A DNA stretch of 15,190 nucleotides. It comes from an uncultured Candidatus Bathyarchaeia archaeon (lineage in GTDB: Archaea > Thermoproteota > Bathyarchaeia > Bathyarchaeales > Bathycorpusculaceae). Both the position numbers and the translations under genes were made by a program. This document shows, one piece after another, positions 1-6,903 of this stretch. The notes beneath the pieces were generated by a model. It did no database searches. It saw only the letters and a list, made by a program, of their open reading frames with translations, and was not told where the DNA came from. Numbering within the stretch: the first letter of the stretch is position 1; every line of letters starts with the position of its first letter. The stretch is from the NCBI GenBank assembly GCA_964450845.1, contig CAYVGZ010000038.1, positions 1 to 15,190 on the forward strand, in the 5' to 3' direction.

Positions 1-472
1 CTATGACTTTTTTCATGCTTTTTGGCGCAGCTTGCCTCATGGCAAGTTGTTTCAAAATCTTTATCATCTGAGGCTGAAAACGAGCTATATCAGTTAACGT
101 CACCAAACCTACAAGACGTTTTCCATCGACCACTGGCAACTTCTTAATCTTCATCTGGAACATTAGTCTCACAGCTTCTTCCAACTCCATGCTGGGTTCA
201 ACAACAACCAATGGACTAGACATGATTTCCTTAACTTTAGTTTTTGTTGCATTCTTCGCTTCTGCAACCACTCTTTTTAAGAGGTCTCTTTCAGTTATTA
301 TGCCCATGGCTTTTCCTTTCCTAACAGCAATCAAGCAGCCTATCTCAAACTTGTTCATGATTTCGGCTGCCTCTTTAACTGTTGAATCCTCATCTATAGT
401 CATTACTTCTTTTACCATGGCATCGTCAACTTTTAGTGACATGCCGCTTTCGTCTCTTTTCTTTTCTGGCAA
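1..472 (-). CDS. CBS-domain pair protein, 3' end runs off the window
   Basis: Not in the ORF track because no stop lies inside the window. Manual translation of the minus strand gives (M)PEKKRDESGMSLKVDDAMVKEVMTIDEDSTVKEAAEIMNKFEIGCLIAVRKGKAMGIITERDLLKRVV...IMSSPLVVVEPSMELEEAVRLMFQMKIKKLPVVDGKRLVGLVTLTDIARFQPQMIKILKQL...KKVI. These are two typical CBS repeats. The start is either TTG at 472 (GGTGG upstream) or ATG at 442. Confidence 0.9.
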   Translation of the reverse strand, partial: MPEKKRDESGMSLKVDDAMVKEVMTIDEDSTVKEAAEIMNKFEIGCLIAVRKGKAMGIITERDLLKRVVAEAKNATKTKVKEIMSSPLVVVEPSMELEEAVRLMFQMKIKKLPVVDGKRLVGLVTLTDIARFQPQMIKILKQLAMRQAAPKSMKKVI

Positions 473-509
473 CAAAACCACCAGCTTCTCTATTGTCTTA
501 AAGCTCTCA

Positions 510-517
510 TATATAAA
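510..517 (-). promoter_or_regulatory. Putative TATA box (TTTATATA) for the CBS gene
   Basis: TTTATATA on the minus strand, about 38 nt upstream of the TTG at 472, in the gap between ubiD and the CBS gene. Confidence 0.45.
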
Positions 518-539
518 TTGGTGTGCAGAAACCCGTGTC

Positions 540-1880
540 TCACAACCCAGTCAACTTATGAACAAGCGTATCGACGCGTCTACTAGCCGGGATTTTTGCT
601 CTGCCAAACTTTTCCTTCGGCTTGGTAAATGGTCTAGTCGCATCAACACCCATCTTACTCGTCAAGCCCGTCTCTTGATCGGCAGAAGAATCTAACGTCG
701 AGCCACGCACATTCTTTATAACAAGCAGGTCTTCGCTGGCTTGGAAACGAGTTGCAATAGCCCATTCAACATCAGAAACATTAAACACGTCAATGTCAGA
801 ATCCACAACCACAGCATGTTTTAAACTTGGGTGTGCCGCAAAAGCAGCCAACAAAGCATTTTTTCCGTCGCCGTCAAGCTGTTTTTCAATGGATATTATG
901 GCGTGAAGCCATCCGCTTCCACCAACAGAAAGGTTAACCATGTAGACTTTCGGCACAACCTTTGAAACAGCATCCCAAATCAAAACTTCGTGCGGCAAAC
1001 CCATAAGAAGCCTATGTTCCGCTCCAGAAGGCAAAAGCGCCTGATAAACATAATCTTTCCTATGCATAACCCCCATAACTTCTACAATGGGCTGTTTTCT
1101 TTCAATGTCGTACGTTCCAGTTATATCTACAAAGGGTCCTTCAGCGACTTCTTTTGTCGCGGAGATTTTGCCCTCCAAAACCAATTCAGCCTCTGCAGGA
1201 GCATAAGCATCTACATTTTCACACTTAATTAAGCGGAGATTATTACCCATCAAAGCGTTTGCCACTTCAAATTCATTGACGCCAAAGGGAACAGGTGAAG
1301 AAGCCGCAAGCATGATTGCTGGATGAACACCAACAGAAATTGCCACTTCCAAGTCTTTACCGACCTCCTTTGCCATCTGCCACAACTTGAAAAGATGGCG
1401 TGGAACCAAACGAATTGCCAGGTGTTTCTTATTCAAAACTTGAAGGCGATGCACTGAAACATTCTCAACTTTTCCATCGATGCTTCTTGCATATACAACT
1501 GCCGAAGTTATGTATGGACCATCATCTCTTTCAAAATGTGTTAAGACTGGAATCTTTGACAAGTCATTTTCAACAATTTCTTTCACTGTGCTCTCCCCAA
1601 CAATTTTTGGTTTTCGTGGCGAACGCCAAGCATCCATCAACTTTCGATAAAGTTTATCATGATTAACGTTAAGCGCTGCACAAATTCTCTTCCGAGTTCC
1701 GCAAACGTTGGCAGCAATCTTTGTTTCATAATTTTTTACTTTTTCAAAAAGAAGGATTGCGTCTTGGTTGTCAAAGCGCTTCATTATAAATGGAATTTCA
1801 AAACGTGTGGACACTTCGTCTTTTACGTGTAAAATTTCTTTTTTCGTTTCTGCTTGCTTAAGAAATTCTCTAAGGCTCAT
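540..1880 (-). CDS. ubiD: UbiD-family prFMN-dependent decarboxylase, probably anhydromevalonate phosphate decarboxylase (archaeal modified mevalonate pathway)
   Basis: 446 aa. UbiD motifs SVHRLQV, GVHPA, EGPFVDITGTYD, HAVVVDSDID, EWAIATRFQ and KMGVDAT are present. The blocks EGPFVDITGTYD and GDGKNALLAAFAAHPSLKH match my recollection of the archaeal MJ1133-type subfamily. The family call is firm; the substrate is inferred. Confidence 0.88.
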   Translation of the reverse strand: MSLREFLKQAETKKEILHVKDEVSTRFEIPFIMKRFDNQDAILLFEKVKNYETKIAANVCGTRKRICAALNVNHDKLYRKLMDAWRSPRKPKIVGESTVKEIVENDLSKIPVLTHFERDDGPYITSAVVYARSIDGKVENVSVHRLQVLNKKHLAIRLVPRHLFKLWQMAKEVGKDLEVAISVGVHPAIMLAASSPVPFGVNEFEVANALMGNNLRLIKCENVDAYAPAEAELVLEGKISATKEVAEGPFVDITGTYDIERKQPIVEVMGVMHRKDYVYQALLPSGAEHRLLMGLPHEVLIWDAVSKVVPKVYMVNLSVGGSGWLHAIISIEKQLDGDGKNALLAAFAAHPSLKHAVVVDSDIDVFNVSDVEWAIATRFQASEDLLVIKNVRGSTLDSSADQETGLTSKMGVDATRPFTKPKEKFGRAKIPASRRVDTLVHKLTGL

Positions 1881-2248
1881 GTGGTTGTTCCTTCTTTTTC
1901 CTGTTCTTTGTGGACAACTTTTTCAATTAACTTCATAAGAATTGATTGAGCTCGCATTTCGTCGATTGTTTTCAGATAAATGGAAACTAGCGCTATTTTT
2001 CCTTTTTTCGAAGCTAAATACTCAGCGAACATGCGGGCTGAAATTGCGTTTTTATCGCCTAAAAGAATGGATGATGAAGCTGGCCCTAACAAGTCTCTTG
2101 GTTTTGGGACAGCAATTGCCAGCGTTCCAAGTTTGTCTTCGTTTTCGCTGAGTAAAATTAGACATGCGTTATTTGTTTCCATGTACACTGCTAGAAAATG
2201 CATGTTTTGCTCAATTATCTCGTCTTTAACAATCTTTGCGCGTTCCAT
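1877..2248 (-). CDS. Proteasome assembly chaperone 4 (PAC4/PSMG4)-like protein
   Basis: 123 aa. LGTLAIAV...SSSILLGD...FAEYLASKKGKIALVSIYL resembles recalled human PSMG4 (LRNLAVAM...STSLLGD...LAQRLARKTNKQVFVSYNL). GGAGA precedes the ATG, and the stop overlaps the ubiD start (ATGA). Confidence 0.6.
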   Translation of the reverse strand: MERAKIVKDEIIEQNMHFLAVYMETNNACLILLSENEDKLGTLAIAVPKPRDLLGPASSSILLGDKNAISARMFAEYLASKKGKIALVSIYLKTIDEMRAQSILMKLIEKVVHKEQEKEGTTT

Positions 2249-2310
2249 ATTGAAGTCTCCATTGCCTATTTATAGCTTCATAGATTCACTATTTATTGTT
2301 TTCAAAGGCG

Positions 2311-2976
2311 ATGCAACAAATGACTGAAAACCGTGCAGAAAAAATTCTGCAAATACTCCGAAAAACTTTCACGATGCCAGAATGGACAACCTCAAGCAAA
2401 AATGCATTTAAAACATTAATCGTAACAATAATTTCGCAAAACACCGCTGGCAGAAACACGGCAAAAGCCTTCGAAAACTTATCGAAACGATTCGAAATAA
2501 CGTCCGAAGTATTGGCGAATGCCAAAATAAGCCAAATTGAAGAACGTTTGAAAGTGGCTGGCTTGTATAGAGGTAAAGCTAAAGCAATAAAACAAACCTC
2601 AAAAATAATCCTTGAAAAATTCCACGGCAATCTAGAAGCAATTTTGTCGTTGCCCTTTGAAAAAGCAAGAAAAACACTTCTGCAACTTCCAGGAGTCGGA
2701 CCAAAAACAGCCGACGTCGTCTTGCTTTTCTGTTCGGAAAAACCAACAATCCCAGTAGACACTCACGTCAATCGTGTAGCAAAACGGTTAGGCTTAGCGC
2801 CTGCAAATGGAGACTATGAAACTATTCGTAAACGCCTTCAATCACTTTACGACGCAAAAGACTATTTAGCAGTTCATGTTTTGCTGATTTTGCTCGGTAG
2901 AAACTATTGCAGAGCTCGAAATCCCTTATGTAAGCAGTGTCCACTAAACTTACTTTGTCCATCAAAGCAGTTGTGA
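2311..2976 (+). CDS. nth: Endonuclease III (HhH-GPD DNA glycosylase/AP lyase with a [4Fe-4S] motif)
   Basis: IISQNT, HhH motif LLQLPGVGPKTA with the catalytic Lys, VDTHV with the catalytic Asp, and C-x6-C-x2-C-x5-C (CRARNPLCKQCPLNLLC). The start is ATG 2311 or 2320 (track: TTG 2296). Confidence 0.93.
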   Translation: MQQMTENRAEKILQILRKTFTMPEWTTSSKNAFKTLIVTIISQNTAGRNTAKAFENLSKRFEITSEVLANAKISQIEERLKVAGLYRGKAKAIKQTSKIILEKFHGNLEAILSLPFEKARKTLLQLPGVGPKTADVVLLFCSEKPTIPVDTHVNRVAKRLGLAPANGDYETIRKRLQSLYDAKDYLAVHVLLILLGRNYCRARNPLCKQCPLNLLCPSKQL

Positions 2977-3018
2977 GGTAAAATGAGGCTTGGACAAACA
3001 TTTCGGACTTGCATTTCT

Positions 3019-4335
3019 TCAAAAAAGTTTTCTAAGCGCTGCGAACTCTGATTGGTTTTCTTCTGTAAAATTCGGAATTTCTTTTAGGTTTTTGTCCAGT
3101 CTAACTTTTCCTAGAGCAACTATCGATATTTCTTTTGTGACGGGAGTTAAAACCTTTAGAGTTTTTCTTGCGTAGTCGACCTCTTTTAAAACGCCTATGC
3201 CTAGGAATTTTTTCTCAACATTATATAAAGCTATGAGTGTGTCTTCCTCTTCGCCCTTCCGAGTCACAACAATCTTCTTCTTCGCGAATTCTTCAACCTT
3301 CTTTATGTTGTCCTCGTCAATCCAGCGTCTTCTACCAATAACTATGAAAATTTTATCCTTCAGTTCCGCAAGGTGCAGTGGTTTCATTCCTAGAAGTTCA
3401 TAGATTTTCCTTGCCTGTCTAGTGTTCTCATGTGTTTCGCCTAAGCCAAATAGTTCGTTTTCTTCAATCTTCACCCAGCTTAGCGGAAGAGATTGCACTT
3501 TTGCATTTCTCAAATATTTCGTGTATCCAAGTTCCCGCAAGTTTCTGCGTTTTTCTCTACTTCTTTGTTTTATAGCCGAAGGAGAATCAACAACAACCTT
3601 CACGAACTTTTCGAGGGCATTAAAGAAGGGTGTCAACTCGTCTTTTTGTTGAATGCAGAAAATTATATCTGGGTTAAGTTCCTCAATGAGTTGAACCTTA
3701 TAATTAACAGCCTCTTCTCCCTCAACCCAACCGTCAGTATTTATAACAATAAAATCTGGATTACTGCCTAAAATTTCTTTTTTCAGCGATGTTAAACCTT
3801 CAATAACTTTGCTCATGGCGATGCTTGGTGAAGTGACACCAACAAAGAAAGCATTTTTCTCTTCCAGATTAAACAAGTCCGTTATGGGCTTCGTTACGAA
3901 GTTATAGGCAACTGTACATGGTGGTCCTATGTCTGATTGACCTAAATCTCCATCTAAAATCGCAACTTTCCTTTTTTCACGTAGCAGCTTGTTTAGTAAG
4001 TATGTGCAGAAACTCGTTTTTCCAGAATCAACTGTGCCAAGCACTATTGCGGTAACAGGCTTCGCTTGAATTTTCAGAAGTTCTTCAAATGATTTCATCC
4101 ACGATGGTGGAATAGTGGTACCATCAACTTCTTCTACACTGGCATTTTCTCCTAACGAAATGTCAAACGTTGCTTTTTCCTCTACTACAAAAGGCAATCT
4201 CTTTCCCTCACGTATCACAACTTTTCTTGCGCCACCCATTATGGAGCCAAATACCTCTACCTTACCTGAAGACGCAATGACAGATGCTGGACCATCAACT
4301 AACAGAGTTTTACCGTTTTCAACCGTTCGATTCAT
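3019..4335 (-). CDS. clp1: Clp1/Grc3/Nol9-family polynucleotide 5'-hydroxyl kinase
   Basis: 438 aa. Walker A GTVDSGKTS, the family block LDGDLGQSDIGPP, INTDGWV, the lid motif RSREKRRNLRE, and a C-terminal FLGIGVL. Confidence 0.88.
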   Translation of the reverse strand: MNRTVENGKTLLVDGPASVIASSGKVEVFGSIMGGARKVVIREGKRLPFVVEEKATFDISLGENASVEEVDGTTIPPSWMKSFEELLKIQAKPVTAIVLGTVDSGKTSFCTYLLNKLLREKRKVAILDGDLGQSDIGPPCTVAYNFVTKPITDLFNLEEKNAFFVGVTSPSIAMSKVIEGLTSLKKEILGSNPDFIVINTDGWVEGEEAVNYKVQLIEELNPDIIFCIQQKDELTPFFNALEKFVKVVVDSPSAIKQRSREKRRNLRELGYTKYLRNAKVQSLPLSWVKIEENELFGLGETHENTRQARKIYELLGMKPLHLAELKDKIFIVIGRRRWIDEDNIKKVEEFAKKKIVVTRKGEEEDTLIALYNVEKKFLGIGVLKEVDYARKTLKVLTPVTKEISIVALGKVRLDKNLKEIPNFTEENQSEFAALRKLF

Positions 4336-4972
4336 TCATTTTCCTCCTTGGAAATGTTTGTCCATTTCTTCCAGCTATTCTTATAGCCGATACGATATCT
4401 CTCAGACCTCTTCTATGCTCAGTTTGATTTAAGTATCGGTCTGTCCCAGCTTCGCTCACACTTTCCAACATTATATTTGAAGGTAGTGCATCATCTAAAA
4501 CTCGTAAAAGTTTTTCATTGTATACAGGAACTCCGTTGCCAACTTTTACCGAAACCGAAGTTATCGAAATTTTCTGAAGGTTTTTCAAGATATTCTTTAT
4601 TTTATCTAATGTTTCTTCAACACTGAAACAGTTTCCTGTTTCAATGACTTTTCCATCGGCAAGAACTGCCACCCCAAAAACTTCGCCAGGGTCTACGCCT
4701 ATAACGATTTTTTCATAATATTCCTTTCCCCGAGTAATCTGTAATGCTTCATTTATCAATGCCTCTGGTTCTACTCCGTCATGGTACACCAAGATTTTTT
4801 CGTGATCCATTAGATGTTGCTCCTCTTTTGTGGTTATGACAACTTTGATTTCTATAGGGATAGTATCATTTGGAGTTAAGCTTATGAAAGGTATGTTCTT
4901 CCTTTTCAACTCATTGACAATTAAGTAATAGGCTTTTCCTGAAACAGTCGCAACAGCAATCTTCGCTTTCAT
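4319..4972 (-). CDS. Conserved archaeal protein with a C-terminal RNase H-fold (YqgF/RuvC-like) domain
   Basis: 217 aa. VIGVDPGEVFGVAV, KVGNG, VSEAGT and RDIVSAIRIA parallel the YqgF pattern (GxDxG...G.A / V.G.P / DERxT / D..AA.IL). Overlaps the clp1 start by 17 nt. Confidence 0.6.
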   Translation of the reverse strand: MKAKIAVATVSGKAYYLIVNELKRKNIPFISLTPNDTIPIEIKVVITTKEEQHLMDHEKILVYHDGVEPEALINEALQITRGKEYYEKIVIGVDPGEVFGVAVLADGKVIETGNCFSVEETLDKIKNILKNLQKISITSVSVKVGNGVPVYNEKLLRVLDDALPSNIMLESVSEAGTDRYLNQTEHRRGLRDIVSAIRIAGRNGQTFPRRKMNESNG

Positions 4973-5047
4973 ACTGCTTTCCTATTTGTGTATATGTTTG
5001 AACACAAAACAAATTATTAGTTTCGTTGTTTATATTCGTTGATGTGC

Positions 5048-5743
5048 ATGACCGTGGTACAAAAGATTCCAACAGGCTGTAGGACAATTGACAAGGTTCT
5101 AGAAGGAGGCATCCCCTTTGAAAGCGTTAGCTTAATCTATGGGGAAGCAGAAACTGGAAAAACAACCCTAGCCATACAATGTGCCATAAATTGTGCAGCG
5201 CAAGGTTACAAAACGTTATTTGTAGATTGCGACGGCACTTTTTCCACCAGAAGGCTTTCTCAGATTGCCTCTGACAGATTCAAAGAAATTGCAGAACTGA
5301 TAATTTTAATGAAACCCAACAATTTCCGCGAACAAACACTAGTTATAGACCAGTTAACAGATTATATAACTAAAAACTTCGGACTCGTAATTATTGATAC
5401 CATCACAACGCTTTATCGTGCCGAGATTGCAGAATTTCCAGAAAAAGCGTTTGAACTAAACCGTGAATTAAATAGGCAGATGGCATTGTTAGCGCAGATA
5501 GCCAAAACTCGGAAAATCGCTGTTTTAATGACAAGCCAGGTGCGAAGCGTTTTCAACGAGGCTCACGTAAGCATAGAACCAGTAGCCACAAGAGTCATAA
5601 AATTCTGGGCTGACACAATAATAGCTATGAAACCTACGGAAAACCTTGGAATAATCAAGGCAATTTTGGAAAAAAATCCAAAAAAGTCTCAGCCCTTAGC
5701 TTGCCATTTAAAAATAGGAGAAACAGGAATACACGAGCATTAG
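5048..5743 (+). CDS. radB: RadB-like RecA-family ATPase (RadA paralog)
   Basis: IPTGCRTIDKVLEGG, Walker A GEAETGKTT, Walker B VIIDTI, SQVRS. It has no N-terminal HhH domain, so it is not RadA. The start is uncertain (5039, 5042, 5048 or 5054). Confidence 0.78.
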   Translation: MTVVQKIPTGCRTIDKVLEGGIPFESVSLIYGEAETGKTTLAIQCAINCAAQGYKTLFVDCDGTFSTRRLSQIASDRFKEIAELIILMKPNNFREQTLVIDQLTDYITKNFGLVIIDTITTLYRAEIAEFPEKAFELNRELNRQMALLAQIAKTRKIAVLMTSQVRSVFNEAHVSIEPVATRVIKFWADTIIAMKPTENLGIIKAILEKNPKKSQPLACHLKIGETGIHEH

Positions 5744-5748
5744 GCTCA

Positions 5749-6264
5749 ATGATGGTTATGGAAATGGAAATAATAGAGCTAATTATTGAAGCATTAAAGT
5801 TCATTTTTCCTGCATACTGTGCAAACGCCATACCAGTAATTACTGGTGGGGGCTATCCTATAGATTTTGGAAAAACATTTTTTGATGGGAAACCAATTCT
5901 TGGGAAAAACAAAACCTTTCAAGGTTTCTTTTCTGGACTGATTATTGGAACTGCTGTCGGTTTAGTGGAAAGCGCATTTTTTGGTTATCCACTTTTGTTC
6001 GGTTTGTTATTATCTCTGGGGGCATTATTTGGAGACTTAGCAGGGGCTTTTGTAAAGAGAAGACTTGGGCTTGCTTCTGGTGATCTTTTGCCAGTTATCG
6101 ACCAAATTGACTTCATAATCGGCGCAATTCTGTTTGCACTTCCACTTTCCTTACAAATCTTGTCTTGGGAGCTTATCCTAGCAGTGCTAATTATAACTCC
6201 TCCTATACACTTGCTAACGAATTTTGCAGCGTACAAACTGGGTTTAAAAAATAATCCCTGGTAG
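5749..6264 (+). CDS. carS: CDP-archaeol synthase (CDP-2,3-bis-O-geranylgeranyl-sn-glycerol synthase)
   Basis: PAYCANAIPV, PIDFGK...DGKPILGKNKTFQG, GDLAGAFVKRRLG and DQIDF are CarS signatures, and the protein has several TM segments. The start is one of ATG 5749, 5752, 5758 or 5764; the TTG at 5701 lies inside radB. Confidence 0.92.
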   Translation: MMVMEMEIIELIIEALKFIFPAYCANAIPVITGGGYPIDFGKTFFDGKPILGKNKTFQGFFSGLIIGTAVGLVESAFFGYPLLFGLLLSLGALFGDLAGAFVKRRLGLASGDLLPVIDQIDFIIGAILFALPLSLQILSWELILAVLIITPPIHLLTNFAAYKLGLKNNPW

Positions 6265-6269
6265 GCTTA

Positions 6270-6686
6270 TCAACTGGTTTTGATTTGTATCTCAACTTCA
6301 AGGAATATGTACGCCAATAGTAGAAGAACTGTTCCTACTATAAACATCATGTAAGCTTGTCTTGGTCTGTATGCGTATTTTGTGCTTTGATATATGGCTA
6401 TTAATCCAACGGTGCCAAGTGAGTATAGAATCATGGCAGCAACGCTGTCAGCTATAAATTGTTCTGAAAGGCTTGGATAGACTAAGACGAAGCGCCCTTG
6501 AGAATAAACTGCTGAATAGGGCTTCACCGCTAAGTCATATAGACCGCCTCCAAACAAAAATATCGCGATACCAATAGCGATTATTGAAAGAACAAAAGTT
6601 GACGGTTTCACTGTTGAGATTTTCCGATATAATCCATTTAAGGAATAAGACATTGATGAGATTTTTTTCTTAACCATTCGTGACAT
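6270..6686 (-). CDS. OSTC/DC2-like (OST3/OST6 transmembrane family) three-TM membrane protein
   Basis: PSTFVLSIIAIGIAIFLFGGGLYDLAVKP...SEQFIADSVAAMILYSLGTVGLIAI...MFIVGTVLLLLAY parallels recalled human OSTC ([29 protein letters not shown]...[25 protein letters not shown]...LLFIGFVCVLLSF). The start is ATG 6686 or 6677. Confidence 0.72.
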   Translation of the reverse strand: MSRMVKKKISSMSYSLNGLYRKISTVKPSTFVLSIIAIGIAIFLFGGGLYDLAVKPYSAVYSQGRFVLVYPSLSEQFIADSVAAMILYSLGTVGLIAIYQSTKYAYRPRQAYMMFIVGTVLLLLAYIFLEVEIQIKTS

Positions 6687-6903
6687 TTTGTTTTTCCTCA
6701 TTTTTAATTAAGTATTCCGCAACTTCTTTAGCCCATTCTCCTGTTAAAGAATTCTTGACAACCTCGCTTAAATACTCTTTCCAAGAGATTTTCAGAGCCC
6801 TTTTCCAAGCATCATATTTTTCAATGATTTTTCCATAGGCTTTCATGTGCAACTCACAATAACTGTTTTCGCCAGCTTCCCTGCTGCAGATTTTACAGTT
6901 CAA
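6670..6903 (-). CDS. Small putative Zn-binding protein (C-x2-C...C-x2-H), function unknown
   Basis: 77 aa, beginning CKIC...YCELH and followed by a Trp/Tyr-rich helical segment. It has a TTG start and overlaps both topA and the OSTC-like gene. Confidence 0.72.
   Translation of the reverse strand: MNCKICSREAGENSYCELHMKAYGKIIEKYDAWKRALKISWKEYLSEVVKNSLTGEWAKEVAEYLIKNEEKQNVTNG

Noticed and set aside
5701-5748. Extended carS N-terminus from TTG 5701
   Set aside because: It overlaps the radB C-terminus. Homology begins around MEIIELI, so a later ATG is more likely.
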